Positions 39,026-49,103 of a DNA stretch of 64,000 bases are shown piece by piece (the first letter of the stretch is position 1; each line of letters opens with the position of its first letter). Origin of the DNA: an uncultured virus (IMG/VR IMGVR_UViG_3300025900_000203) (taxonomy: Duplodnaviria; Heunggongvirae; Uroviricota; Caudoviricetes); IMG/VR virus record IMGVR_UViG_3300025900_000203; one strand, written 5' to 3'. The notes below the pieces were generated by a model. That model made no database searches. It had not been told where the DNA came from and saw nothing but the letters and a program-made list of their open reading frames with translations. The translations under genes and the position numbers were made by a program.

Positions 39026-39325
39026 TCAGATTCGCTTTGGCAGGTTTGCTTGAAGCCATGCCCCTGGAATGTTGGAGAGGTCGATGTTGCGGGGTCCAGG
39101 TTGTAACCAGTGCGCGTCATACCCCTTGACGATACGGCGACGCGGACACGCGCCGTGGCGGTCACGTACGATGACCGTATAGACGATTGGGGTGTCAATG
39201 AGGGTCTTGTGGTGTTTTTCGCGGCGCGGAAGCACCTGGATGACGATACCAATCCAGGGAGCCCGATAATTCGAGCGCACGATGTCACCGACCTTTAGCT
39301 GCCGACACCATTCATGCAAGGTCAC
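39026..39325 (-). CDS. Hypothetical SH3/KOW-like protein
   Basis: LKVGDIV...GIVI; GTGA-coupled. Confidence 0.5.
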   Translation of the reverse strand: MTLHEWCRQLKVGDIVRSNYRAPWIGIVIQVLPRREKHHKTLIDTPIVYTVIVRDRHGACPRRRIVKGYDAHWLQPGPRNIDLSNIPGAWLQANLPKRI

Positions 39326-39831
39326 GAGATACCACGGGCCGCGTTACGGAGTGCCGCCGCAATCCAACGCTCGATCGTGTCGCGATCCGCCGCCGTACAG
39401 GCGCGAGCGGCGCTCGCGGCAATCGGCTTCTTGTACCCCGCGCTGACGAGCGCGGAGACTACGAGATCCTCATCGGTGTCAGCCATGACAGGCACCTTCA
39501 CCTTGGCCGGCTTTGACGTGGTCACCTTCGTCGCCGCAATCTTCGGCACCGCGATGCACCAGGGCGAGGCAACTCCACACTGCGGGCACGTTGCGATGCC
39601 TTCATGCTGCCCTGTAATGATTTCGAATTTACCGTGGGTGGGGCACTGATAGTCCTGAACGCGGAGCGCACCTCGCGTACTCCCGCGCGCCAGCAACGCG
39701 CCAGGGGCTTGTAGCGGCTTCGCCGATCGAGCGCCGCGAATCCGATCCGCCAATGCAGCAAGGAGAAACCCGCTCGCAAGGAGTACGGCACCCAAGAGCA
39801 TGAAGAGCATCGATGAAATGCTAGAGGTCAT
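39322..39831 (-). CDS. Membrane-anchored protein with zinc ribbon and RuvA C-terminal (domain III)-like domain
   Basis: N-terminal TM helix; DYQCPTHGKFE...CPQCG; DLVVSALVSAGYK...A..AA.......IERWIAAALR. Confidence 0.7.
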   Translation of the reverse strand: MTSSISSMLFMLLGAVLLASGFLLAALADRIRGARSAKPLQAPGALLARGSTRGALRVQDYQCPTHGKFEIITGQHEGIATCPQCGVASPWCIAVPKIAATKVTTSKPAKVKVPVMADTDEDLVVSALVSAGYKKPIAASAARACTAADRDTIERWIAAALRNAARGIS

Positions 39832-39910
39832 TGCAGTCCGTTGCAACTGCTCGCGCCGTACCAGCTCGTAGCGACAACGCAGGCCGCTAACGTATGGATT
39901 TGCGGAGGCT

Positions 39911-39926
39911 GGGTATGTGGCTACCC
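39911..39926. promoter_or_regulatory. GGGTA-N6-TACCC palindrome
   Basis: GGGTAtgtggcTACCC in a divergent intergenic region. Confidence 0.7.
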
Positions 39927-40020
39927 GTGTCTCGGCGGGTACACTTGTCGCGCTTGCACGTCACCCAGTTTGTTGTGCTCGTACGTCACCCAATCCCGTA
40001 ACTTCACGTAGACTCTAGGC

Positions 40021-40608
40021 ATGTGGGCGACGCAGCTTTGTGTCACGAAGGGCGCGATGGGTCCGAATGGCGAGGTCAACACCCCCACCTTTCGGGCGGT
40101 AGTTCCGGAGTCGGCGGGGGACGCGATCACCCTCGACTTCCTCTTCCATGGTCGGTCGCAGGACACGCGAGGCTTGGCGTCGGGATCGGTACGGCAACAG
40201 ATCGGGCTCAAGCTACAAGCTGCGGATGGCTGCAACCTGCTCTACCTGATGTGGCGTATGGACCTCAGTTATCTGGAAGGGTCTGTCAAGCTAAATCCTG
40301 GCGCGAGGCGCCACAGTGAATGCGGTCCCCGCGGGTACACGAAGATCGTACCGAGCCTCGTACATAGACTGTCGTTGCGACCCGGTAGCCGTCACCAACT
40401 TCGCGGACAGGTGCGCGGTGACGCGCTGCAAGGCTTCGTGGATGGAAAACTCGTGTGGCAGGGGACATTGCCCTACGTCTCGCAAACACTGGTAGGACTT
40501 GCCGGCATTCGATCAGACAACCTGGCCTATGAAATCGTTTCTGTGTGGGTGACTCCAGCAACGATGCCGATCGGCACCCCGCATTGTGCCGCAGACGGTG
40601 AAGACTAA
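40021..40608 (+). CDS. Beta-sandwich (lectin/LamG-like) hypothetical protein
   Basis: H.L...VRGD.L..FVDGKLVW...G.AGIRSDN pattern. Confidence 0.5.
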   Translation: MWATQLCVTKGAMGPNGEVNTPTFRAVVPESAGDAITLDFLFHGRSQDTRGLASGSVRQQIGLKLQAADGCNLLYLMWRMDLSYLEGSVKLNPGARRHSECGPRGYTKIVPSLVHRLSLRPGSRHQLRGQVRGDALQGFVDGKLVWQGTLPYVSQTLVGLAGIRSDNLAYEIVSVWVTPATMPIGTPHCAADGED

Positions 40609-40660
40609 GAGATCTTCAATCACTTGCTGACGTGTTGGATTCGTGGTGTGGTCAGTCGGT

Positions 40661-41020
40661 ATGAACCCTCAGATTCAAGGCATCGTCAACGACTTCGTCC
40701 AGCAACTCTCCGCAGTGTGGCATCAGTCCGTGACGGAAGCTCTCGACGGGATGTCGATCAAGAGCAATGGCAAGGGGGGCAAACGCTCCTTCGGAAAGTT
40801 CCGACCCAAGGGTGAGAAGCGCGCGCCGGAAGAGATCGCCGCGCTCAAGGACAAGTTCACCGCGTTCGTGAAGTCGCATCCGGGACTCCGCATCGAGCAA
40901 ATCAACAAGGAGCTCGGCACGTCGACCAAGGATCTGGCACTGCCGATTCGTCAGCTCATCAGTGACGGCGTGATCAAGGCGGTCGGCGCGAAGCGCAGCA
41001 CTGTCTACAAGTCTCGCTGA
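40661..41020 (+). CDS. Basic winged-helix DNA-binding protein (myxobacterial type)
   Basis: GEKRAPEEI...HPGLRIEQINKELG..TKDLALPIRQLI..G.I...GAKRST.Y. Confidence 0.7.
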   Translation: MNPQIQGIVNDFVQQLSAVWHQSVTEALDGMSIKSNGKGGKRSFGKFRPKGEKRAPEEIAALKDKFTAFVKSHPGLRIEQINKELGTSTKDLALPIRQLISDGVIKAVGAKRSTVYKSR

Positions 41021-41304
41021 GACGCGCTAACGCGTGCGAGCGCTGTGACGAGGCGCTCCTTGCACCGTTCCGCGATTTCCTCCGCGAGCGCGCGGTCGAT
41101 CCGTGTTGGATCGAAGTCGGTGTGCAGGTTCAGGAGTTGGTGTAACTCGTGGCTCTTCGCCGCGCCACTGGACGAGAGATCTCCTTTGTCCCGAAAGTTT
41201 AGGACGTGCCCTGCGAGAAGTTTTCGAACGGCGGCCAGGGCCCGAGCTTCGATCTCTGCCGCGCAGCAGGCACGTGCCAGTTCATGCAGTGAATCGTTGA
41301 TCAT
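41005..41304 (-). CDS. Hypothetical protein
   Basis: ATGA-coupled ORF. Confidence 0.5.
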   Translation of the reverse strand: MINDSLHELARACCAAEIEARALAAVRKLLAGHVLNFRDKGDLSSSGAAKSHELHQLLNLHTDFDPTRIDRALAEEIAERCKERLVTALARVSASQRDL

Positions 41305-41957
41305 TTGACTTTCAGGATAGCTTCGAGGTCACGAAGAATCTCCTGTCGTTCGATCTCGGTAGGCCCCTGAAGCTCCAGAAGAGCGATCGTGGCGACCGCG
41401 GTCGCGAGTTGTCGTCGATCTTCCCATACGCGTGCATGCGACTCAAGGACAGCTTCGCCGCTGTCAGCGGCATCGCGTGTTCGAAAGAAGCGGCGGGCGG
41501 CTTGGAGCGCATCGACCGGAATCAGGCAGCCTTGTGGAACTTCTAGCAGCCTTCGCGCGAGCTGATGAAGCTCGTCGTCGAGCTGTTCGACCTGGCGACA
41601 AGCGTGGTTAAAAGCCAGCCGTGTTTCGCGGCGATCTGGTTTCGCTTGGGAGAGTTCTGCGGAGAGATCTTCACACCTCTGATCCACCTTCGCCCACGCG
41701 ATCGCTTTCTGTCGCAACTGGTGGAGGAGTTGGATATGAGGAGAACGAGGATCCGTGGCCTCTGCGAGGTTCGGCGATCGCGCGGTTGCCGCCAGATGCC
41801 ATCCGCGCGCGTTGGTGTAGTCGAGGTTCGTCTCGACTAGCTCTTGCAAGCGATCGTCTTCGATACGGAGATCTGGGCAGTCGGTCGTTAGACTTGCGCC
41901 AGTACCCCTGCAAACCGTACAGGTATTGGCATTGTCCAGTTGATGAGCCAGTGGCAT
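41301..41957 (-). CDS. Hypothetical protein with zinc-binding N-terminus
   Basis: CTVC.G..ASLTTDCP motif. Confidence 0.55.
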   Translation of the reverse strand: MPLAHQLDNANTCTVCRGTGASLTTDCPDLRIEDDRLQELVETNLDYTNARGWHLAATARSPNLAEATDPRSPHIQLLHQLRQKAIAWAKVDQRCEDLSAELSQAKPDRRETRLAFNHACRQVEQLDDELHQLARRLLEVPQGCLIPVDALQAARRFFRTRDAADSGEAVLESHARVWEDRRQLATAVATIALLELQGPTEIERQEILRDLEAILKVK

Positions 41958-42370
41958 CAGATCGTCACCTGCGTGAAAGAGACGTTGAGTTGCACGGCGT
42001 CGGTGAGATCATTTCGGAATGTCGCGCGAACCTCCATTGTAGGAGGCACCTTGATAGAGCGCTTGCCGATAGATCCCATGCCAGGATCCAGTTGCGGCCA
42101 CGTCATGATCTTGGCGAGGCGATCGTAAAGTTTGGGATCTGTGAGATCCAAACGGTAAATGCGCCGCGCCCCCTCATGCGTGAGCGTAAAAGTAAGGGTC
42201 AAGGGCCCCAATTCGAGGTGCACGAGTGTAAGTGCCTCGACCTCAACACCCTGAAACTCGATGAAGGTCTGCGGTCGATAGCAGACCTCGACCTCACGTC
42301 CAGGAGCGACGACAGCGCCGACATGTTTGTGTAGATAGGTGATCGAGCCGGGTGGTGGGTACAAGGTCAT
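41957..42370 (-). CDS. Hypothetical protein
   Basis: Coupled ORF. Confidence 0.5.
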   Translation of the reverse strand: MTLYPPPGSITYLHKHVGAVVAPGREVEVCYRPQTFIEFQGVEVEALTLVHLELGPLTLTFTLTHEGARRIYRLDLTDPKLYDRLAKIMTWPQLDPGMGSIGKRSIKVPPTMEVRATFRNDLTDAVQLNVSFTQVTI

Positions 42371-42768
42371 GTCCTTTTTTCCAGCTTGGCAAGCTCATCC
42401 AGACATTCTTGCGTGTTGTCGAGGAGGCTGCATTGATAGGCGCGTCGCCCAAGCTCGATCGCACGGCGTAGGCTGTCTTTGAGTGCCACGATCTGGGCAC
42501 GCTGGACTCCCTGTACTTCCTTCTTAAGCATGTCGAAACTCTTGGTCATCGTCTCGCCGTAGAGATGATCGAGCCAGCTTTGCTCGACACGCAGTTGCGG
42601 CGGCGGCAGATCTCGTAAACGAGCTGCTTCTTTTCGTGAGAAGACATGGCGGTTCGCCATCTCTTCACTCGTATCAATCGCAATGAGATAAGGTCGCCCG
42701 CCGTCGGTTGCGGCCTCCCATACGATCCAGCACGGCTCCATGCCAGCTTCTCGGCGGATGTCGTTCAT
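42367..42768 (-). CDS. Hypothetical protein
   Basis: ATGA-coupled ORF. Confidence 0.5.
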   Translation of the reverse strand: MNDIRREAGMEPCWIVWEAATDGGRPYLIAIDTSEEMANRHVFSRKEAARLRDLPPPQLRVEQSWLDHLYGETMTKSFDMLKKEVQGVQRAQIVALKDSLRRAIELGRRAYQCSLLDNTQECLDELAKLEKRT

Positions 42769-43104
42769 TCTTCACTGTCCTGTGTGAGTAGGACGGCACG
42801 TTGTTCACCCTGTTGGAATTCTTCCCACGCTGGAGTGCCGTGCGCGTGCGGATTCGTGAGCCCGTGCAGCTCGCTGGTGGGCCAGGAAGCTTGCATGTAC
42901 AAGATGAAGCCTTGCTCGGACGGCGATAGTTTCAACCATGCGACGCGCGACAGCAGATACCAACCACACCTCGGCTTCGCACAGCACAGGAGTGGGGTAG
43001 CCGGATCAGCGATGAGCGGTGGAGGATCTGGATCCAAGAGGAGGTGGGCTCCGCAGCGCGGACAGCCAAGCGCTTCCGTCAATGTGGCTTTCGACTTCGG
43101 CACC

Positions 43105-43380
43105 CTAAAGATCCTTCCCAAGCATGACTCGACCTTTCGTGGACAGTCTCCATTTGGTCGATCCGGGGCTTGGTGCTTGTTCGACGAGCCCCTCTTTCTT
43201 CAAGCGACCCAGTAACATCTGCGCCGCGTAGTCGCCACCACCGTTGCTGGACACGCCACGACCGCCGCGGATCTCTCGATCCGGCCATGCTGCCGATCCA
43301 ACCTCGAAGCACGAGACGCCTTCCGATCCGACCGTACGGAGGTACGTAAGCACTCGTCGACTGATCTCACCGCGGCTCAT
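43105..43380 (-). CDS. Small winged-helix-like protein
   Basis: RBS AAGGAG; L.RLKKEGLVE...WRLS.KGR. Confidence 0.5.
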   Translation of the reverse strand: MSRGEISRRVLTYLRTVGSEGVSCFEVGSAAWPDREIRGGRGVSSNGGGDYAAQMLLGRLKKEGLVEQAPSPGSTKWRLSTKGRVMLGKDL

Positions 43381-44006
43381 GCAAACTCCTTTGGAGAATG
43401 CCCAAACGCAAGGCACGCGCCCTCCCACGCAGCTTGCCAACGCTTTGCGGTGGGGCGTGTACAACGCCCGCCAGGTGCACAACGGAAGGTGGGAACTACC
43501 ACGTCAGCGATTTGCGAACAGCGCTCTTTAATCGGGGCAGGTGTGTACTCTTGCCTCAACGTCGGAGGTCGGCCGTCGAGAATGAGCATGACGTCTTTGA
43601 GGATGTCGCGCTCATGAGTCGCCCGCGCGTCTACGAGCACCTCGAGTTGCTTGAGGTAGTCGTCCATCCAGCGCTGGAGCTCTTGCACATGGACGTCGAG
43701 GGTTCGTACGGGTTCCGCTCCTTGGATGGACAGCCCGAATAGCGCGAGTGTGCGGACAAGATCTTCGATGGAGCGCTTGCCGAAGTTTTTCCACCGCCAC
43801 ATGTCGGCCAACTTCTTGGCACACAGGTCCTGCAGCGTCAGGATCTGTTCGTTGTCGAGCGTGTTCATGATGCGAACACGATTTTGCTTGGGAAGTTTCG
43901 ACAACACGGTAGCGAGGCGCGGCGACCTCCGAGCGGCGTATACAGATCTAGAACTCCGCACCAATTTGGCTTCGGGATCATCCGGCAACTCGGACAGATC
44001 GATCAT
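43377..44006 (-). CDS. Protein with RNA polymerase alpha-subunit CTD-like domain
   Basis: VRIMNTLDNEQILTLQDL...WKNFGKRSIEDLVRTLALFGLS matches the alphaCTD pattern; RBS AAGGAG. Confidence 0.7.
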   Translation of the reverse strand: MIDLSELPDDPEAKLVRSSRSVYAARRSPRLATVLSKLPKQNRVRIMNTLDNEQILTLQDLCAKKLADMWRWKNFGKRSIEDLVRTLALFGLSIQGAEPVRTLDVHVQELQRWMDDYLKQLEVLVDARATHERDILKDVMLILDGRPPTLRQEYTPAPIKERCSQIADVVVPTFRCAPGGRCTRPTAKRWQAAWEGACLAFGHSPKEFA

Positions 44007-45589
44007 TCGTCGTTCTCCTTGCCTGCCAAAATGCGGACCAACACCTCTTTCCAATGCCGATAGGTCTCCATACGACGGCAGTACACCACACGCGCGAACT
44101 CCCCTCGCGCTCCTTCGGCAAGCTTTTCGTTCCGCGCGATCTCCTGCAAACACGTCGTGCTGTTGCTGGAGCTGTTCGCGAAGCCACACCGCACTTGAGC
44201 GACGTTGCGCAGCTGTCATGGGCTTGATCTTCGGAGCGCTCACCGTTCTCCAGCAGGCTTGCGGTTCACATGGTTACGGGAATCGTGGATTCGCGCTACA
44301 CAACGTGCCCTGGCATCTTGCCAGGCTTGAGCATCGCTTAAGAGTACGATCCCGAGGGCGATTTGCACGTCGTGTAAGATCGCGGTGTCGCAATCGTGGC
44401 AGGCGGCGTGATCGTCGCTAGACCGATCCAATTGAAGCGGCCGGCACGCGCAGTGCTGAGCGAACAGATCGCGAAGCTCGTCATCGTCGACGACCGCTCT
44501 CGGTTGCCAAGCGATTACGGGGTCCGTGGGGTTTAACCTGTGGCCCTGTTGAAGCGCTTCGGCATGCTCCCCGTTGCCTGCACCTTGCGCCCATCCGCAG
44601 GTACAGTGGACCTCGAGCTGCGTGGCGCAGGCAGGCCCCCGCCAACACTGATGCGGCTTGGTGGAGGTTACGTGTTCAGACATTCGCAACTCCGATCCAT
44701 GCTTATTCGGTTGACGTCCATCACGGCGGCTCTCCGGGCATGAACGTTCCATCGCAAACACCTTGCCCGTAGTCCGTGCGTCGCCCACGAATGATGGGTG
44801 AATGCTTACGTGGATGCCCGTTCTTGCTGGCGCGCAGAACTCGTCCACATGCGACGCACGCGGAACAGCCGTGACAGGTCATTTTACCGGCGATGCAAGC
44901 AGCTCCCCGGTGCGCATGGCGTTGGCAACCGCATGCACAGGCAGGATGCGCTGGGCAGAAGTCACCTTCTTGATCACAGACACACATCATCAACTTGTCT
45001 TGTAGCGCGTGTTGACGAATGGCGGAATGGGTGAACAGCTACCCGTGCTTCTTCGCAGCCTTCTTCGATCTCGAAGTCTTGGGTGGAGGTAGGGTCCTCA
45101 CGTCTGGAGTTTCATTGGCATCCGGCAACTCAGCGCCGCGTGCGAGGGCATGCATACCTTGGTGAAGGCGGTTGAGAACGGCACGCCATTTCAGTGGAAT
45201 GTCTCCACCGTAACTGATCCCTGTCCCGCTTCCGCTCTGACGGCAGGCGGCAATGCCACTGTCGCCAAGCACTTCGATGAACCAACGATCGATCGCGTTG
45301 GCTTGTGCAGGGTCATCATCTTCCAGCTTGGGCATTTCCGTCACGGCCACTTCGCCAGCCGTCGCCTGCGATCGCGTGAGGTTCGCGTGGAACTCGGCGA
45401 GCCCGGCCGCCTTTCGCCGATCTGCGGCGGCCTTGAGTTGTGCGGCTTCGGTCGTGTTCAACGCCTTGATCGTGGCGTTGATGACGGATAGCTCGCTCTG
45501 GCATGACGCGCGCTCTCCTGGAGACATCGGAGTAGCGAGCAGGGCGACAAGCTCGGCTCGTCGTTTGGCCAGCGTGGTCTTGTCTTCGA

Positions 45590-46228
45590 TCATCCGATCT
45601 TCCTTGGCACGTTTGAGGTTAGGTCGAGCAGCCGTTGGTGCGTATCGTCTACAAGCAGCGTGGCTTCCCGCATGGCTTCTTCTGCCCGCAACAGCTCCGC
45701 ACGTGCCTGCTCTACCGCAGCTGTACAAAGACTGGCCTGCTTCCGCGCCCGTGCGTATGCGATACCTGCTTCGGCAAGAGGATCCGATTCAGCGATCGGC
45801 TCCTTCGCCGGTGCTACGGGAATCTTCAGATTGCCCAGTGCAGAAAACGGCCTGTTCATGGAAGTTCCACCTGACGTGACCCATTGGCCGCCGAAATTGT
45901 TACGTGCCATCTGCTCGTCGAGCAGCGTGACCACTGTGTTCTCGCGCACCACGGCGTAGTAGACCGTCTGTGGGTTACCATCCGTCGTTCGATGACATGA
46001 AATCTCGCAGAGTTGTGTCGGAATGTCCGGCACGCGAGGGTCCTTCACGACATGCGTGTGGGTCGCGTGATGGACGCGATCGTCGAAGAGGTTGCCGAGA
46101 TCGTGATCATCTCGATGCTTCAGCTCTTCGTCGACGCGCTCGCGGAAGCGATCGAGGGCGTGGGAACTGATGATGAATCGGCGCTTGTAGGTGCGGGCAG
46201 GACTCTTCATGGCTGACAACGTTCTCAC
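45590..46228 (-). CDS. Hypothetical protein (S.HA.DRF.ER RelE/DUF4258-like N-terminus, coiled-coil tail)
   Basis: FIISSHALDRFRERV...YAVVR..TVVTLL. Confidence 0.5.
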   Translation of the reverse strand: MRTLSAMKSPARTYKRRFIISSHALDRFRERVDEELKHRDDHDLGNLFDDRVHHATHTHVVKDPRVPDIPTQLCEISCHRTTDGNPQTVYYAVVRENTVVTLLDEQMARNNFGGQWVTSGGTSMNRPFSALGNLKIPVAPAKEPIAESDPLAEAGIAYARARKQASLCTAAVEQARAELLRAEEAMREATLLVDDTHQRLLDLTSNVPRKIG

Positions 46229-47716
46229 TCATCCGCGCTCCCAAGCAAACAAGGCCGGACGTGCGAGTGCCAGGCGTGCAAGCCGTGCAGCGAGCTTGCA
46301 GAGCCCGTCGTGATACGCGGACGAAAGGTGGTTCTCGCCGCCCGGCATGCCGTGACCTAGCTCGTGGATGAGCAACTCGTTGAGCGCGTCGCTCGGCCCT
46401 TCCGCGCACTGGTTGAAGAAGTCGTGGCCGAGTCGGCCGAGGTTGAAGACGAGACCTTGCGCTCCGAAGCACGCCGACCAGCTCTCGGTGATATCGGACA
46501 GGATCGCCACTGCGATCGGTTGACCGAGGAGCTCTTTGCAGATCTTCGCTGCATACGAGACCACGGCGCACATTGACGCCGACCACTTTTCGGGGAGCAC
46601 CCACGTGTCCTTACCATCAGGACCGAACAGCGCCTTCTTCGTGGGACGGATCTGACCGCTCGGCCGGAGATCCTGGTCGTGACGTTTCGCGTTGGTCCAC
46701 TGATCGCCGGTGAGCTGGCCGCCCTTGATCAGCGTGTAGCCGTCGGCGACCAGGTTCATGTTCGCTTCCAGATCGCTCGGATCGAAGATCGCCCGCTTCT
46801 CGCCGTACTTGAGATCGAGAACGGCGCGCACGGTCTCCGGCGACGCGTCATCGTCCGCGAGGGCCTCGTTCACGAGCGGGGTGTTCGCGTCCGCGGGATC
46901 GAGGCGATCGTGCAGCGCGTTTACGACGAGCGTACGCACGGTGCGTAGATACGCCGGCGTGACGTTATCGCGATCCATGTTGAGGAGGCACTTCTGTTCG
47001 ATCGACAGATCCCACTTGTCGCCAGTCTCGACGACCGGGATGCCCAGCTCGTGGAGCATCGGCACGGTGCCAGGCAGCGGCTCGTAGACGCGAACGATCG
47101 TCTTTCGTGACGAACGGCGCAACACGCCGTCCTCATCGGCCAGCTCCGTGGGGAGCGTGGCTTCGAAGGAACAGATCGGCAGCCGTGCTGGGATGACCTT
47201 CCCGTTCACCGTGATCGTGACACCGGCCGGCGGGATGACACGCTTGAGATCGTGCTCGGCTTCTGCCAACTCGGCCCGTGTGATCCGCGCGATGCCTTGG
47301 AATTCACTTCCGCGCTCGCGCTTCGTGCGCGTGCTCGTGCGACCGCGATGGTCGAACAGCACTCCACCCTTGGTCGAGATGATCGAGGCCTCGTTACACA
47401 AGGCCAAGACCAATTTCTCACCGAGGTTGAAGCGCCCCCGCTTGCTTGGATACGCTTTTCGATTGGACTCGGCGAACAGCGTCCAGGCATGCGTCAAGTC
47501 CGCGAATCCATCGGGGGCGTCGTCACGGACGACGATCGTCGCCTGCGGGACACCCTCTTCGGGAATCAATTCGACTTCCACACGTGTCACGCCATCGGCG
47601 TCGAGTGCGTTGCCGACCAGCTCGTGGAGCAACGCGATCTTGCCACGGCGCTCGACGATCTTCGCGAGGCCTTTTCTATCCACCTCGAACCAACTCTTGG
47701 AGGCTGCATTGCTCAT
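46229..47716 (-). CDS. GHKL (HSP90/MORC-like) ATPase with C-terminal HExxH zincin-like domain
   Basis: ELVGNALDA, VRDDAPDG, GRFNLGEK, GSEF; LLIHELGH...H. Confidence 0.75.
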   Translation of the reverse strand: MSNAASKSWFEVDRKGLAKIVERRGKIALLHELVGNALDADGVTRVEVELIPEEGVPQATIVVRDDAPDGFADLTHAWTLFAESNRKAYPSKRGRFNLGEKLVLALCNEASIISTKGGVLFDHRGRTSTRTKRERGSEFQGIARITRAELAEAEHDLKRVIPPAGVTITVNGKVIPARLPICSFEATLPTELADEDGVLRRSSRKTIVRVYEPLPGTVPMLHELGIPVVETGDKWDLSIEQKCLLNMDRDNVTPAYLRTVRTLVVNALHDRLDPADANTPLVNEALADDDASPETVRAVLDLKYGEKRAIFDPSDLEANMNLVADGYTLIKGGQLTGDQWTNAKRHDQDLRPSGQIRPTKKALFGPDGKDTWVLPEKWSASMCAVVSYAAKICKELLGQPIAVAILSDITESWSACFGAQGLVFNLGRLGHDFFNQCAEGPSDALNELLIHELGHGMPGGENHLSSAYHDGLCKLAARLARLALARPALFAWERG

Positions 47717-48315
47717 GTGGATCTTCCTTTCGGCATAAGCCATTCGCAAGTTCCTGGGATGTGCTCGACGTGGATGACGATGTTTCGCTGCATCTCCGTC
47801 GTCCCAGAGAGACCTTCCGGATCTGGCATCTCGAATTCGGGCATGTCGCAGGGCGTGTGGTAGCCGAATCCCGCCACACCCATCGCGGCCCATCGCGAGA
47901 GCTTGTCGCGGCATGCGAGCAAGCGCTGTAAGATCTCCTGCGGCGACAAGCTCGCGGGAACGATCCAGGCCAACTCACCCGTCTTTGGAGCGCGGAATTC
48001 GACGCGTACGCGGAACACGTCGTGGATATCGACGCTGAGGGTCTCATTGACCTGCAGAGGAATCGCGGCGGCCTCACCTGCTTGATTTAAAGTATGGGTG
48101 CCAGGTTCTACGAGCGTGACTTGGTATCCGTTCAAGTTCTTGAGCCCGAACTCAGCCGCAGATCCGTTGTCCGCCCAAACGCTGTTGCCCTTCTCATTCA
48201 CGCGTAGTGTCTGACACAGGAGCAATAGATCAGGGCGATCCGGCTGGATGTGGATCGCTACCCACGCTTTGCCAGCAAGGACATCTGCACGCTGTAGCGC
48301 GTCGATTAGCCTCAT
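47713..48315 (-). CDS. Hypothetical protein
   Basis: ATGA-coupled ORF. Confidence 0.5.
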   Translation of the reverse strand: MRLIDALQRADVLAGKAWVAIHIQPDRPDLLLLCQTLRVNEKGNSVWADNGSAAEFGLKNLNGYQVTLVEPGTHTLNQAGEAAAIPLQVNETLSVDIHDVFRVRVEFRAPKTGELAWIVPASLSPQEILQRLLACRDKLSRWAAMGVAGFGYHTPCDMPEFEMPDPEGLSGTTEMQRNIVIHVEHIPGTCEWLMPKGRST

Positions 48316-48478
48316 CGGCCGCTACCTTCGGCCGTGAAATATCCGACGTCGGCAACGTCACCCTGTTCGCAGTAGAAGACGTACGCGCCTGCAACGCCGA
48401 CGTCGTGATGCACGAGTTCGCACGACCACGTTGGATCGACGAAGTGGAGTGTGAAACGCGCGATCGCGTAGAGAAGCT

Positions 48479-48943
48479 TCACAGCACCACCAACTCGTCG
48501 ATGGACCCCTTGTACTTGGCGGCGATCTCGCCGGCCGCGGTCTTCGGATCGGAGCCCGGCTGGAAGGGAAACCAGCGCCACGTGTTCCCGCTACGCATCC
48601 GTGCGGTGGCGAAGCCGTGCTTCGTGAAGTGGGCCTTCTCCTTCGCGTCGATCCGCGCGAACTTCTTTTCGTCTCGCTTCTTCATCTCCGCCTCGACGAG
48701 CTGATCGACGATCCACTCCGTGCCGTTCGTGGAGGCCGAGAACTCAGCGGGGATGCTCTTTTTACCGTAGGCCTCGACCGCGGCGCGGATCGCCGGATCG
48801 AGGTGAACCAGCGTGTTGCCCCCGTGGCCATCGTTCTCCGCGTGACCAACTTTCTTCCCGTTGACCCAGACGTCTGCGGCAAACGCGATGGTCTCCTGCG
48901 AGAGGCGGGCGTTGGTGGTGAAGCGCTTGAGTTCGATCTTCAT
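48479..48943 (-). CDS. Conserved phage hypothetical protein
   Basis: SQETIAF.A.VWVNGKKVG.AENDGHGG motif; GC3-rich codon usage. Confidence 0.65.
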   Translation of the reverse strand: MKIELKRFTTNARLSQETIAFAADVWVNGKKVGHAENDGHGGNTLVHLDPAIRAAVEAYGKKSIPAEFSASTNGTEWIVDQLVEAEMKKRDEKKFARIDAKEKAHFTKHGFATARMRSGNTWRWFPFQPGSDPKTAAGEIAAKYKGSIDELVVL

Positions 48944-49008
48944 GCTTCGTCTTCGTTGCACGCAGGGTGCCGACTATTGTCGCGAGCAACATCGTGATAT
49001 CTCAGCCT

Positions 49009-49100
49009 GGGTACGATGCTACCCGGCTCTGTATCGACACGATCGCAGGTCGCGGGGTCGCGGGTTGCGGGTCGCGGTAGAGCCGGGTATTCGAATACCC
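49009..49100. promoter_or_regulatory. Pair of GGGTA-N6-TACCC palindromes in inverted orientation
   Basis: Sites at 49009-49024 and 49085-49100; extended AGAGCCGGGTA-N6-TACCCAGG in opposite orientations. Confidence 0.75.
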
Positions 49101-49103
49101 AGG

